Position numbers and translations under genes: made by a program. Positions 21,892 through 40,587 of a stretch of 64,000 nucleotides of DNA are shown piece after piece. Source of the DNA: the human T2T-CHM13v2.0 reference genome, Homo sapiens; assembly GCF_009914755.1 (NCBI RefSeq), contig NC_060929.1; one strand, written 5' to 3'. A model generated the notes under the pieces. That model did not search any database. It worked only from the letters and a program-made list of their open reading frames with translations, and had not been told where the DNA came from. Every line of letters begins with the position of its first letter. The stretch's first letter is position 1.

Positions 21892-24492
21892 TTTTTTATC
21901 CTTCTTTAAATGTTTTGTGTTCCTGTTCTCTTACCAGTTTCATAAGGTTTTCACCAATATTTATAATCGTCTCCAAGGATCAACACCTGGATCTCCTGTG
22001 GGTGATCCAAATTAAGATAGTCCAAAAGAGAATTCATAATCCCTATTTCTCACCCCACATCTTCTCTTCCCTTCCTGGATTTATATCTTGATCCCCGGTC
22101 CATGGCATTATCTGTAGTTATGCAAACTAGATTATTTTTGTACCTTTTCTTACCTCCCATATTCAGTTGCTGATAAAGTCCTGCTGACTATAAATTTGGA
22201 ACATCTGCCCTCTCGTTTTCTACCTCAGAGCCATTATTCAGGTTTCCATTATTCTTTGTATTTTAATACTAGTATTTGAGTAATTTACAGTGTTTTTGAG
22301 TTTTGAATATTTTTGGCAAAAGTGAAATGAAATCAGTTTATTTTGTGAAGTAAAAAAGTGAAATGAGTTTATTTTGAAAAAGTGAGGAACATACATATGG
22401 AAAAATGTAAAAGGAATTAAAAATTACCCATGAGCCTCACTCAGATGTACACAGTATTAAGCTTTCTGTGTACATTCTTTTAGGTTTTTAAATATGCATA
22501 TCTAATGTCCAAATACATTTACATTTAAAAAACATTTTAAGCATGTTTTTTAAATGTGTTAATGCTATAGGTATTGTTTTTATCTGTTTTTTTCAAATTA
22601 TATAATCAGCTTCTTTTGATGCATAGTATTAGAAATTCTTCTAAGACTTAAAAAGTGGGACAAAGAACAGAATTCAGTGAGATATTGAGAAGATGTAAAT
22701 ATCAGGCTAAAAATCAGCATCTCTAAAAATTAGAGATGGATACAGCAAAATGTATGCACAACGGAGGACCTCTAATGTTTAACATCAGAGGAGAAATGTA
22801 ATTTTAGACAAAGAATTAGTGAGATAAGGTACTTTCTGGTTTGTCTTTGTTTTCAGTACATTAACTGGAATTTGTTTCTTGTCTCGCTCAGTTACCTTTC
22901 TACCTCACCTCTTTTTTAAATTATCCCTTTGTTGTTATTAGCATGCCATTTGTAATATTTCCTTTAACTTCTTGGACTTAATGAGCTAGCCTCTTTGAGT
23001 TTTCCCCTAACCTCCCATGGTTATCCTTCTCTCACAAGGCATTGTTTTCTCCTTTTTTGCATGTTTATGTTTTTAGCAGGGCTTTATCTTGCTTTTATTT
23101 TTTTGAATATAAGTTTGCCTGCATGCGTTCAGGGCTATTTTATCTTTTTGCTCTCATTCAAATTAAATCAAACCCAATAAATCTACAGACCTGTGCAGAT
23201 TCAGGGCTGCTTCCTCTTTTATTTTTTCTTTGGGACAAAAGACCTCCAAAACAATAGCGAGCTGATACAATTTTCTTTGATTGTGGAAATCTAATGTAAC
23301 TAGTTTACCTAATTCCAATTGATCCTTTCTTTAGCCTCTGTTTCTGACAGCCACTATGAACACTCATGCGTCAGTTACTTTGCTCATGCTGTTTTCTTTA
23401 CCTGGAGTATTGCCTTCTTGTGCTTCCCTTTTCTCCCCAGCAGAGCCTACTTCTCTACTGTGCAGCCATCTTTAGCCCTCAGTCCTTGATCAAAGTAACC
23501 ATCTCTTCTCTGCATTCGCCGCACTCTTTGGTGCTCCGCACTTAGTTCTTTCCTTATTTTTACTTATTGTGAAGAGGTGTTTGATTGTAACCTTCTTGGA
23601 GGTAGACTGTGTATTCACGTATGCCAGCCATGTTATAGGTTTGCTTAAAATGCTTAGCAAATTTAGTAAAGATCATGATTACACTAAGATAATGTTCACA
23701 TAGATAAATACAACTCAGCCGGTTTAGTGATTAAATGTAGAGCAGCTGTTGTGGAGAATTGGTGAGTTGCTTATTTAGTATGTTTTTCATGGGAGGGATA
23801 GCAACATTGCCTTCAATTGATGGCAAGTTTCACGTGTCACAATTAAAGTTTTATGTACGTATTTTGAGGCTAAATATGAAATTCCAATACTGATTTAGTC
23901 ATCTTTAAGAGGCATTTATTCTTGCCTCCCTCCCACTTTTTATTGATTTGTTTCAAAGTAAAAGCTTTTATTTTTAAATCAATAACATTCAGGTAATATG
24001 ATTCCATAAAGCCTTTCCAAAAATTTGAGACCTGTGTGGTATCATTGCGATGGCACTACATCAGCAGTATCTGTAGAACTTGATATTGGAGAGTTTTGTT
24101 CAAAGAAATACTTTGTCTTGATAGGACATTAAGTGAATGTAGAGGTATGGCTCAGCATAACTGCTAATTACAGTTTCTTTTAAATTATGAAGTGCCTTTT
24201 TTCCTTTTGGCTTTTGCCAAAATGGAAAAGAGAAAAAAAAATCAATGACTATAAATACTGGAAAACTCTATGACAATATGATGAATAATGAAATAAAAAT
24301 TAAAAACTACCAAAGTCATACTTGATAGACTTAAAATGACAAAAGCAAGGGACATTGGAAGTAAAGATTCTCATTGAATATTTAACTCACTTATTTCTCC
24401 CTTGGCTGAACGTGTGGAGCGGAATTACCTGTTACTAGAATGGTGATGAAGTGTTAAATGCATTTTGGCTTTAGTGTTATCATTGCTTTTGC

Positions 24493-26375
<1,883 letters not shown>

Positions 26376-28203
26376 TATGTTTGCTTTTAAAGTTATCTTC
26401 TTAATGTTGATTTTTTTTAAAGACTGTTTTGTTCTAAATGTCTCTGTAGGTGGTAATTTGAAAGTATGGAATTGGTGTCTTCAGAAATAATTTCAGACTC
26501 AATCTAGTTATAGAAAAAAGTTGTTTTTGTGTTTGACAGTTAACATACATCTTGATTTTTTTGTATATGTATGATTTGATAAGCCCCTTGTTTCTAGCAC
26601 ATAGTAATATGGCTTTTTTATTAAAGCAACATGTGCTAGCCCCTTTGCAGTTATCACAGTAGTGTCGTTCCATTTTGATTTTGCTGTTCAGCACTTTTTA
26701 AAACTGCTGTATCGGTTTCTTTTGTAGTAAAACTTGAAATACCAGTTCTTGGCGTCAAATAATACTTTCTTTTAAAATTGACTTTTAGATAAATTAAAAA
26801 TGGTTAAGATGTAGATAGAGAAGCAAACGTGTGACTTTTTTTTTTAAGTAGTAGTTGGAGGGAGCATATATTCATTCCTTCTTTCATGCCACATTAACTG
26901 AATGCCCATTATGTGACAGCTTCTTGATACACTCTGGAGCTATACTGGTGACTGAGACATAGCCTTTTCCCTCAAAGAGCTTCTATCTGCCAGTGGAGAC
27001 TGACAGGTAAATAGATCAGTATAATCCAAGCTGACAGGTGACATAAGCATGAACAGAACTGTGGAAGCACTAGAGCAGGATCAGCACATCATGCCTCGGG
27101 GAAGCAGGAGACAGCATTATATATGGTAATTCAAAATTAAATGGAATCATGAGCAACCCTATATTTTAAAGCAGAAATATGATTTTCTTAGTGTAAATTA
27201 AGCCTTTTTTCAACTTAAATTTTAGTTTTGAATGAGTTGCTGTCATTCAGAAATTGGCTTTTTTCTGTGTTGTCAGCATCGTGTGCCTTTTTCCACCTCC
27301 TCATTCCCCTCCATACTCCGAAGAATGTCTTTAATGTTTGAACCACTATGTCACATTGCATCTCAGATTTACCTTCTCTGGCTTTGGATGCTCCTGAATG
27401 GGGGTGATTATTTGCATTTCCTTTGCTCCTCTTGGAGGACTGGGTCACATTTAGTTTAAGGGTTACTATTAGTGAGCAAAGAGAACAAAGGCACCAGGAG
27501 CTGAGAATGCCCTTTTCTAGGTGACTTTTTCCCTCTATATCTGACCTAAGTTGTGCACTTCTTCAGTAATCAGAGACTATAATTACATGCTAATGTTATA
27601 GCCCTGTCAGTATCTGTTTCTACAAGATCTTTATGTATTCCAAGGCATCCTGTGTAGGGAAGCATACAATATATTGTTAATTTTGGACAACTTTATCCAT
27701 CCCAATTCTATAGGCTGATGATAAGCTTGAAGATGACAAGGCCAGGTGACAGAATACTGGAGGATTAGTTTCTGAGTAGTTCAAGATTGTCTTTGTTGAT
27801 TAAAACTTCACTGTGTATCAGCCACTCTGATTTGGACTTTTGTTGAATATGAATAAAGATAAGAGGATTGAGCAACTCCTATAAAGCAAAGTGAAATTGC
27901 AAGCAGTGTGTGAAGAAAACTGGTTTCACTTTAACCAAGGACAACAGGAAACAATACACACTTGTGTACTTTTTTGTGTCTCTGATGATATCAGACCAGC
28001 TTTCTCTTATCACTGATAAAGCCATGACCACAGATGTAAATCAAATGACTTAATTGTAGGTCGCTTGTCAAACAAAAAGCTTTTGTTGCAAAGCAATAGC
28101 AAAACTTTGAAATGTGTATGTGTATACTTAGTCAATGTTTAGAATCTATTCTTTATTTGAATATATACATATTTTCCACATTATTATTATAGTTTTTTAT
28201 TAT

Positions 28204-28516
28204 GTGCTATGCACAGAATTAAGTTCCTCTCAGATTCATATGTTGAACCACCAACATGTCTTTATAGGTAGGGCTTTTAGGAGGTAATTAAGGTTAAATA
28301 AGGTTATAAGAATGGCCTCCTAATTCAATAGGTTTTGTGGTCTTATAAGAGGAAGAGAGACCTATCTCTACCTGTGAATATGCCTAGGAAAGGCCATGTG
28401 AGGACACAGTGGGAAGAAGGCAGTCTGCAATCCAGTGAGAAAGCCCTCAGCAGATTCTGTTGTTTAAGCCACCCAGTCTATGATACTTTGTTATGGCAGC
28501 CTAAGCTGACCAATAC
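28204..28516 (+). mobile_element. MLT1A-like MaLR LTR
   Basis: Motifs ggaggtaattaaggttaaa, ccatgtgaggacacag, tgttgtttaagccacccagtctatg...taca. Confidence 0.8.
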
Positions 28517-30939
28517 ACCATGTAATGAACGTGCTGTTTTCTTATTTCTATTGCATAGTTATTTTAGGAATTTTAATATTACAGGCTTTTTACTGAAATG
28601 AGACAGTTATTTTATGTTGCCTTTTGAAATGTGAGCTTGAGAGGATTGCAGGGCTAATGAGGGGCTAGGAAAGAAAAATATCCCTAGATTTATTCAAATT
28701 TTTCAAAAAGATATGTTATATATTTTGCAAATCAAAAATTATTAGAAAAGACAAGATAGTTATTATAGAATTTAAAGTATTTTATTTCATACATTACAAA
28801 TACAAAACATATTGTTTTAAGAATTGCTTTGGATTGTTTTGAAGCAAAATGTTGGATGTGATGTCCTCTGCTCATGATTGCTGCAGAAATACCCAAATGA
28901 CATAGTAAGATTTTCATGCCTTATAAATAAGTCTTGTATATTCACAGTCTTTCTGTTATTCATTGTTGAACCTTTGTCTTGAAATAATGTAATTCATAAG
29001 AAAAGAGATAACTTATTTGCATATCATAAATTTTAGTTCTTTTAGCTTGGGTCCAAATCAAAATAAAATTCATTTTGCTTTTATTTTGTTGACTAGTTTT
29101 GGAGGATATATATCATCATTGCTCTTAAATGTTATTATAGTTATTTAATTTGTTTATTTGCTTTAAGATAAAATATAAGTCTTATCAGAGACCAAATCCA
29201 ACAACTCAGGTTAGAAATGTGAATACTTAAATGACCATTATCCAAGAAATTCACAAAACCTACTTGTTTTCCCTCAATTATGAGAACTAATGCATTGTAG
29301 AGAGTCACTACCCTTTTCTTTCCCTGACAACCTCCATCTGTGGTCACATATATGATTGTTGGGACTTCTATAGTAACAAACCCTTTGTTTTCATTTTCTC
29401 TATAGATTCTCTTTTTAAAAACCCTATTTTCTAACATCTTACTTTGTAATAGTAGGGAAAGAAAGCATCATGTATGTATGGTCAACCTATTGTCTCCTGT
29501 CTGTTTTAGTTAGAATGCCTAGTCAAATGACTTAATACTTTGGATTTTTTACTTCTACTTAGTACATTTTCATTGAATTGGAGACATAAGAAGGAAAAAA
29601 TGAGACTGAGACAAACAGGCTGAAATAATTTTAAAAGTCCACAAATTTTCCATGAAAATTGCTTAACACTGACTAGAAAGTATCAGTATCAGTGATAGTC
29701 ATTGAGTGGTTTTGCTTTATCCTGCCCACTTAGAAATAGATTGTCTTCTGATAATTGATTATATAAAGATTTGCGACTGATAACTGATCAATAATTCAAT
29801 ATGGCTTTAAGATGAAGTTAAAATAATTGATATCTTACCATTGGGACTACACATGTAGAGAACCTTAGATAAGCAAGGTTTTTACACCCTTATTTTCATT
29901 TTAATTTACCTTTTCACAATTTTCTGTGTGGTTTGGTGGTGAAGAATACAGATTTTAGAATCAAAGACTTGTCCCACAATAGTGGATGTGTAGAATGGTT
30001 AAATTACTTTATCAGTCTGAGCTTCCATTTCCTTATCTGTAAATTGTGGTTGTGTGGTAGGTTTGTGTAGATGTTAATGGAATCATGTAATCCTTTGAAT
30101 CGTATATATGTAAACATTACAGTGGCATATAAAAACCATTTAAAATGGCATAGATATAATAATTATTTCCCACAACATTGTTAAGAATTCATCAAGTTCT
30201 GTAAGCAAAATATGAACCTTTAGAAGGGACTTAAGTAGTAGAGTTGGATTTCACCCACATCGTTTTCTGGATATTTTTTCCCAAGCCCTTGTTTGGACAA
30301 ATAGTAGAGGGAAATGTAAAATAGAACAGGAAACCTTGATTACTGTGGGTAGTACTGCTGTTGAGCCATATGACTTTGAGAATTCACTTAGGTAACAAAA
30401 CAGATTGAATTGTCAAAGCTGATTCATATGAATCATAGGTATTATCTAACACCATAATATCCTAATAATTCAAAAGATACAAGCAGAAACCAGGCACAAG
30501 TGTAATATTTTTTTCCAGAGGGGTTTGAATGTATCATAGACAGCTTCAAAAAATGTCCCTTTATCCACATTTGATTAGATTTTGGTTTTGGATTAAGAGA
30601 TGGGCTCCAGTGTATGCTATTTTGGTTTTGGAACTCTTCAGTTTTATACTCCATTAATTTCATTAAAAGAAAAATTCTTATGTGATTATGTCATATTCTC
30701 TAGCCATGCCCTCATAAAATTTTAAATTATAGGTTTATTTACAATAGCAGTCTAGAAGACACTAATATATCCTGCTCAAAACATTTTATATAATAGATAG
30801 GTCCTTCCTAGTAACTTTCTCTCAAGTAAATGCAAAAGTATCATTGTTAGTATTGTCAAAGTGTGGTCATTATTAGTATCATTATTAGTACTGTCAAAGT
30901 ATGATTACCAAACCAGTATCTGGTTAAAGTATCATTATT

Positions 30940-31123
30940 AATATTGTCAAAGTGTGATCGCCAGACCAGTAGCATCAATATCATAAGGGAACTTATTAAA
31001 AATACAAATTATTGGTTCCTATGCCAGGCCTACTGATTCAGAAATTTTGAGGATGAGACATCAGTCATGTTTTACAAGCTCTCCAGTTGATTCTGATGCA
31101 GGCTAAAGTTTGAAAAACAATTG
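30940..31123. mobile_element. MER5A-like DNA transposon relic
   Basis: caaagtgtg...gaccagtagcatc...ctactgattcagaa...gattctgatgcaggctaaagtttga. Confidence 0.72.
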
Positions 31124-34100
31124 TAATAACTTTATAAAGAGATCTGGTGGAGGTCATTCATTTCTTCTAGCATTCTTCCCTGCAATCCCAGGGAAGAAGT
31201 GAGTTACACACCTGACAATAACCTTTTACTTTCCAAACTTAACCTATTTCTTTATATGTCTGTAGATATATTTATATATAAAAAATGTTTTACGACTGAT
31301 TTTAAAATGCTGATGGTAACAATATAAACATTATCACCAAAATCACCTTGTAGAAAAAAATTGTAGCAGTGCTGCTTTTTCCTAATGTACTTTGCAATTT
31401 GTTTCTTTTAGAATTTACTTCAAGGTAACTTTTAATCCAAAATAAAATGTGTCTTACTGCTTTGCAGTGCAACTGTTTTTCACCAAGTTTGACCTCTTAA
31501 CACGCCCACCAGATTTGACTCTTAATGATTGGCTTTCTGAAAATTAATTGTATGTACATTGCTAATCTACAGACATTAGAAATATTCTTAAATTGCTTAA
31601 AGGTAGTTTTAAGTATGAATTTCCAATTTCCTGCATTTGGAAATTAATTTTAAAATCAGTCTTAAAACATCTTGCCTTGAGCAAGATCAGCATTTTTAGA
31701 ATAAGCTTACTTTGAAATTACACTTTTAAAAAATCAGTAATATTACTTTATAGTCATATATAATAAAGCATAAATTTGGCCCATCTCACTGGTCTCTACC
31801 ACAGTTCTAGAAATAAGACCAAAATTTCTCTTTTTTAAAGAATCTTCTAAAACTCAACTTAGAACTGAACAAATAACATCCTTTTCATTCTTTGTTATTT
31901 AATAAAAAGAAATATTCCTTCAGATCATTAACTTGTAAGATTGAGGAAGAAAATAAGCCACATTTAGATCTCAGTTTCCTTCTATATGACTTGGAATTTT
32001 TTGGTTACTAAAATTGGCTTGCTGGAAATCTTCCCTAATTAGAGAAATTGATGGATGACAAAGATTAATTATGTTTTATCCAGCTATTATATATCCCCTT
32101 GTGAACTTTTGGCACACACTTCGCGGCCGAGCTTTGCCTTATGACTTTGTTTTGTATCCAGAAGCACTCTGCCTTTTATGAACACTGTAAAAAGACCTCA
32201 AAATTGGTTTTCAGCCACCTTGCCAAACTAAAGGCCTTGTACTGATGAACCTCTTTTGTTTATTTTAATTATTGAAGAACTGTAGAGAAATAATTATCTC
32301 AATCGTTTTGAAATTTTCTAAATGGTCCTGTTTGATTTGGGTCTGATTTGAATGAAATGTTTGTTTTTAACACTCAGAACATAAAGATAGCATGTTGTTG
32401 GTATGCTTGTAACCAGGAGTTAAGGAACCATTTTACCTTTATTCTCCTTTAAATTCAAGTTATTTTAAGTGTTTTGCTTCATATTAAGTAGAATAATTTT
32501 AGTGTAGCTACTTTATACATCTTTTATCAGAAATGCCAAAATACTGCACACCCACCTCATGATCAGATCCAAAAAGGTGAATATATATAATACGTATATT
32601 TGCTGTACTCAGTGTTATCCTACTACCATTTTAATTAATAAATTTAGATTTTAGCCGGTGTGCTTACTAACGGTAGGTCTGTTAAGATTTATTTGACCTT
32701 AATAAGAGTGAGAACAGGGACTATAATGTTGACTTCCCTGTGTGAAGTCTTTCTGGATGCTTCTTTTAGTGTTGAAATCAACAAACTTCTATGTACATTA
32801 TTTTTAAAAATGCATATGCATAATATAAGGGTATACTTAACATAATTATCAAGTCATTTAATGGATTGTAGACTCACAAGTGGGAATTGCTTTTTTCATT
32901 TTTAGTATTCTAACAACATTTGCTAGAGGGATACTCTGAATACTAGAATCTATTAGAATAAAAGTGTTTTTCCTAAAAGTAAGCTTTCTTCACCAATTTT
33001 TTCTTAGCTACTAGCTTTTAGTTTATAATGAAGGATTCTTAGTGCTTATCTTAGTACTTTATAACATTACTGAAGCTTTAGGATAAACAACATATATCCC
33101 ATCTCATTACTATAAAGTAATTAATTTTCTACTAAACTGTATGTCTTCTATGAATAAGATTAATTGAAAAGCAAAAAAACAAGCTTTCTTAGATTTGATA
33201 GATATTTATGAAACATGACGTTGTGAAATGTGTGCATTTTGTTCCTAAAAGTTGTTGTTTTTTCATGTTGCATTACTACAAGAAGTAAAATCCAAAAAAT
33301 ACCTACCGCATGTTAAGCATTGCAAGACAGATAAAGCCCCTGTAGGTATGCAGCTTACCTTTTAGAGGGAGAAGATAGAGAAAGGTAAACAAATAATTTA
33401 TAAGATAATTATAGGTTCATCATGCTAAAAAGGAAACAAGCAAAGTAATAATGTCCTTAGATCCAAAAGGAGGGCTACTTCTCTGGCTCCATTTTGGCAG
33501 TCTACCAGTTACACCCTCCCTACAGTTGAGGAGTTTAAAGTACCTAGAATATGTGCCCATATACAGTCCATGCTTTCTACCTCAGAGTCTGTAGATCTTC
33601 ATATTTCCTGTTCCAGCAACCCTGAGCCCACTTCCATGCCCTGCCCAAGCTAATGACTGAAGTCTATTGTCTCAAGGGAAGTCCATTGTCTCAAGGGTGG
33701 ACCACAGGAAGGGTGGCCAATATATTTGAGGAACACATGGATGCAGCTTGGAATATACAGGAAGGAGAGTCTAGAGATACCACATACTAGGCTACATGAG
33801 GAGCATAAAGGAACCAGGAATGGGAAGAGAGACAAGTAGGCTTGCAGTACAGGACCTGGGGAGACTTCTCCTATACTGCCATGTTCTAGTGCAGAAGTCT
33901 TGAAGTGAATATTTGACTTTCCAGGTTATTAGGGAGGTATATTTGTCAAAGTAATGGAAAAGAAGATGTCACATTTAATGATTTGTTGACTTGATATGTA
34001 AGTTTTACATATTTAGACATGTGACATTGGGCCCCACAAAGGCTAATGACATAATATATAGAAATATTACCTTGTGAGGGTCACTTTAGTTAGGATGATC

Positions 34101-35363
34101 AGATAAAGTTTCTCTGAGGAGACACGATTCAAGTCAAGACCTGGAACATGAACTTGTAGAGGAAAACAAATAAGTTTTAACTGGAGGGTATTCCAGCTAG
34201 GGTAACTATGTCATACAAATGTATAGAGGATCAAAATCAACAATAACCAGATGCTTCATCTGCATAAAGAATCAAAAGAGGACCTCAGAGGAAGGAATGA
34301 AATAACATAAGGATAGAGATCTGCAGGGACTAGATTATGCCCTATTATGCTATAGATAATAGCTTGGTTTTTAATCTAAGAGCAATGGGGCATTACTGGA
34401 GGGATTTAATGAGAGAATAGCAGGTTCTTAATTACATCTTTTTAAAGAAACCACATCTTTTTTCTTATGTGTAAAATGTATGTAAAGGGAGGATGGAAGC
34501 ATGAAATCAGGTTAAAAGACTATTATAGTGACCTGTGGAAGGAAATGATGTTTGCTTGGTCTTAACTGGTAGGAGTAGAGATAGACAGAAAGTGTATGTG
34601 TCGAGTGATGTTTTGCAAGTAGACCTAACATTTTCCCTGACGCATTGTATGTGGAGAATGAGGCAGGGAAAATAATCAAGAATGATTAAGATTTTTGGTT
34701 TGAGAACCTGGATGAATAGTAGTTACATTTACTGAAATAGAGAATGCTATGAGAGAAACACAGTTTTTTAGGGAGATAGGAATTGAGAGTTCTATTGTGA
34801 ACATGGTTAGTCTGAGGTACTATTAGACAATCAAGTGGAGATTTCAAGTAGGCACTTGGATACGTCCAAGTTGAACTCAGGGGAACAATGTGGACTCTCC
34901 TTTTGTTTTGTGAACATACCACATGCTTCTTATGTCTCAGAGCCTTAGTTCCAGTTGTGCCTTTTGTCGGCAGTATTCTTTCCTACCTTTGCCTGCTTTC
35001 AGTCTCAGCTTAAATGCCAATCTATCTAAATGGTTCCCTTATGTCCATTTTTATTCTCTATCTCAGTATTGTTTGTGTTTTGGGGTTTTTTTGTAACTTT
35101 TTTTTTTTAATTTGCAAACATTTTCACTTTTTCTTCTCTTCATGAAGAGGGACATTGTTTCACTCACCCTATCTAGCCAATGCCTAGCACAGTGCCTGTC
35201 ACTTGATAGATATTCAGTAAATACTTGTTGATTGAATGAATGAATGAGCAGTTGTGGTTTGCTTAAAAGGAAAGACAAGGTGCTAGGAGTAGAACAGTAT
35301 GAGAGATGATGGACTCCCCTTTCCCCCAAAGATTTGAGGGTTCTTGAGTAAGAGGAAGAATGG

Positions 35364-35592
35364 TTAATGTTTATTAAGCACTTATTATATGTTAGGCACT
35401 GACTGAGTACTTTATTAAGATCTCATTTAATATTTAGAACCACCCTATATAGTAGCTTCTCTTTTTATCTTTATTTTGCAGATAAGGAAGCTGAGACTGA
35501 AAGAGGCCATGTTGCTGAAAGTTACACAGCTAGTGCAGGACAGCCATATTTCAAGCTCAAGCAGTTTCGCTCCATAGCCTAGTCTCTTAACA
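35364..35592 (-). mobile_element. MIR
   Basis: Core attttgcagataaggaagctgag...aagttacacagctagt. Confidence 0.75.
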
Positions 35593-36188
35593 AATACATA
35601 GAACAGAAGACTATTTCTGCAGTGCTGTAGATCATTGTAGTTTCCTTAGCCTTTGATGCTATTGAAGAGGATTCTGATAAACTCAGTGGAATAGTACATA
35701 ATACTCCTCAGATGCCTCTTCCCAGTGTCAGGTTCCAACAGCCCAACAAAATGACACCACTGTGTATTCCTTGAAGCCTGGACAAGGTTCACTCCTTGCA
35801 TATCTCTTCTTCATAAGACTACCACCCTATGCAGAGTGGAATGGAAAGAAAACGAAAGAAAGCAGTGGAGAGAGGTCCTTGGGAGCAAGATCCTGATTCA
35901 CTTCAACTCACAGGCAGGTCTCCTTTTTTCTGGTAGCCACTGGGGACAGTGCCAAGCCCATCTGATAGAGACCCCTTCTTCATAATGGCCAGAGTGTGTG
36001 AGCTACGGAGGACGGTGGGTAGATACCAAAGAATGAAAGGAAAAAGCCAGGAGTCTCATCTTTTTTGCTCTTTGAAGATAAAGGTACCGTCTAATCCCCC
36101 TTTCTTTTTCATATTGTCACTGGATAAGAAACTCCTGAGAGCAGAAACTATATTTTGCTTTCATTTTGATGAGCCCCTGTGCCTTTCA

Positions 36189-37319
<1,131 letters not shown>

Positions 37320-38051
37320 CTATTTTTAGCCACTCAGTTGCCAGAACCTGAAAAGGGTCTGTATCAGCATTTTTTCACTTATTATCACCTGCATTGCTTC
37401 CTTTGGAGGGCATAACTGTTGGCTCTGAGAGTTTTTTAGTCAAGAAAAATGAGACATTCTAAAGTTGAGATGAATGAAAATGAGTTAGAAAATATTCATA
37501 TGTGTACAGAAAATTATACAGCCTTTTGTTCAGTTAATACTATCCTATAATAAACAAGTTTATTTTATAAGTAGGGAAATTACATAGACATACATTAAAA
37601 ATAAGAACCAATTAAAATCCTTTCTAGAATGATAGGATAAAATAAATTATACACATACAAGAACTATTTTATGTAGCTTGCAAATATAATGAAATATTTT
37701 CTAAGGTAATAATGTGTGTGTTTCCTAAATAAGAACCATTTGGGAAGAAAGTACTTTTGGATTATTTAGAATGAATTTATAGAACATTTAAACAAATACT
37801 CGGTTACTAAAAGCTTCTCAGATAGATTCCAGATGGGCAACTACTTTGCATACTTTTCAATAAGTTTTTTTTTTTCCTCTAAAGCAACCCTGATAACTTT
37901 AATGACAAAGCTGATCAAATTCTGAATAATTCTTGGATTATAAAAAGGTTCTATGGCTGAGACTTTGAGTGGAATAAATGTGCTGAGCCAGCTAGGGAGA
38001 TAATGAAGCAGGCTGACTGAAAAATTGTATATAAAAGAAAAATAGAGATAG

Positions 38052-38412
<361 letters not shown>

Positions 38413-40009
38413 TAATTATTCTTTCTAAGGATTATATGTTGGTCTTTGTGCATTAGCTCCAAAATACCATGTTGTCAATATGTTTAGAAATTCATCTGCT
38501 ACAGGTATTAAATCTTTGTAGTGAGATAATATTTTTTTTTAATTCTGATTTAAATTTTGCCTTTTTTCTTTCTTTCTTTCAAACTATTACACTGGATGAT
38601 TACCACTATCCCTTTGACCAGGGGCTGGACAAAGCTTGTATTTCCAGTATTTTTTGTAATTAAGTCCTCATGTTGAACCTGCAATACATTGGCTCTTGCT
38701 GAGGAATAGATTGTATTACTGTATTAGTGAATTGGCCTGTATTTAAGGTAGAATTATTTATCAAAAACAATGATTTAAAAATGAAAATGTTGAATTAAAA
38801 ATATAACTTCAGTCACATGGAAGCAAGAACTTCTATTTCAGTTTTGAATGTTGGGGAGATATATAGGAATAGAATAAGGTTGTTCTTTACTATTAGCAGT
38901 ATTTTCTTTTGGTGGGCATTCTTCTTGGAGAACTGTGAATCAAAGGGAAGTGTTAATTTAAGTCACACTTCTAATCACTCTGACTTACCTACTTGAGATC
39001 GAATTTCAAATATGTCCCTGTGCCCCATAAAGCCCTTTAAAGGGATAACTTTAGGAAGAAATGGCACAACCATCCAAAGAGATTTGGCAGCGGTTGATTG
39101 ACATAATAAATAATGACCATCTGTACCCTGTAGCAGTCCACCAAGAAGCACAGTTAGTCCCTGCAGCCTGGGCAGACTGCTGGTTGTCTTCAGCAGGTGA
39201 ACAAAGGAGACGTTGCTTATTTGATAGTTGTTCACTTTATTTAAAATGACTACATTTGTGAGGCAAAATTCTAAGATTTAGGTTTTAGCATTTTAAAACT
39301 AATTAGATTTTATTTTCAGTTATTTTTATAGCTTTTGCTTATTACTGTATCTACTTGTATAAAGATGTGGGATTTACATAGTGTTTTCATTAAAAGTACT
39401 ATATTAATGACAATTTTGTTGAAACCTTATTTTTAAGTGATTTTATATTTTATAGAAAATTTGGAACAGAGTTATTGTGGGAAAATGGAATATTTGTCAT
39501 TTATCTAGTGGAAATAAGTGGTATAGAGACCGAAGTTGAGTCATTATTTTTTTAGGTTACAGATTACATAAAGATTATACAAAATTGACTCATAACTCTG
39601 CCAGTTATATTGACATACTTGATTACAACTGTAAAGCTTTTTGTGATTTCATTTTTTGGCACAAAAACTGTGAATGTGCAAAATGCAAAGCTTTAGATTA
39701 TAATCTAATGAATGCAGTAGATGAAGAGCAATCTATAATTCATTTGCATAGAAATAATTTCAAACAAAGTATGTAAATCATAAGTTAAAAAATCTGTTAG
39801 GAATAGAACTTGAAACTTAAAATAGAATTTATAACCCATTGTGTTTCAATTAATTAAAATTGATTGCATCATTATCTCTGAACTTGAAAGAGTCATATGC
39901 ATTGCTTTAAATAAATTACTCTATTTTGGGTAACAGTATAATTTGTTAGAAAGGACATAAGCTTCAGAGTCAGACATATATGGGTTCAAACATTGTTTCT
40001 GCCATTTGC

Positions 40010-40587
40010 TGTCAGAGTAGCCTGTCTCTCAGAACCTCAGAGTCCTGGCTTGATGGTGTCACTAACACCCCCAAGTTCAGTGATCCACTAGAAAGGCTCA
40101 CATAAGTTAACATTAAGTTATATTCAAGGCTAGGATTTATTGTCGCAAAAGACTGACTCATGTAGGAACAGCAAAAGCTAGGTCAAAAGAGGCTTTCTTG
40201 CCCTATTTATAGCAGGAATTGTATGGCTAAGTCTTTCTGTCTACAAACTGCAAGGCCATGTGTGATACCATTACTCAGGAAATCCCATTTGAGTTTTGGA
40301 GTCCAAAGTTCTTACCAGGGGCTGATCACATACCTGTTAACATGACCAGCCATGTGAGGACCCCAAACCAGGCACCATGTGCATAGAATGGATATTTATG
40401 TTTACTTTAAGCATGCTAACAACCTAGTTCTTCTTGACCTGCCACTTCAGTCATTATGGACTAATATTACTCAGTAACTTTTGAACATTCTGGTAGTTTA
40501 GTTCTCATTTTCACCAAAGGTGGTCAAGAGTATAGAGATAAGCAGAAACTGAATGAAACAGACCTACTTTGTTAAACTTTCCTCACA
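40010..40587. mobile_element. Old LTR relic (MER21/MER77-like) interrupting a MIR
   Basis: Motif ccaagttcagtgatccactagaaaggctcaca...ggatttattg, with MIR-like sequence on both flanks. Subfamily uncertain. Confidence 0.45.

Noticed and set aside
23980-24000. CAG|GTAAT motif as a possible exon end or recursive splice site
   Set aside because: Weak polypyrimidine tract, no FER-like frame, and expected by chance in 64 kb.
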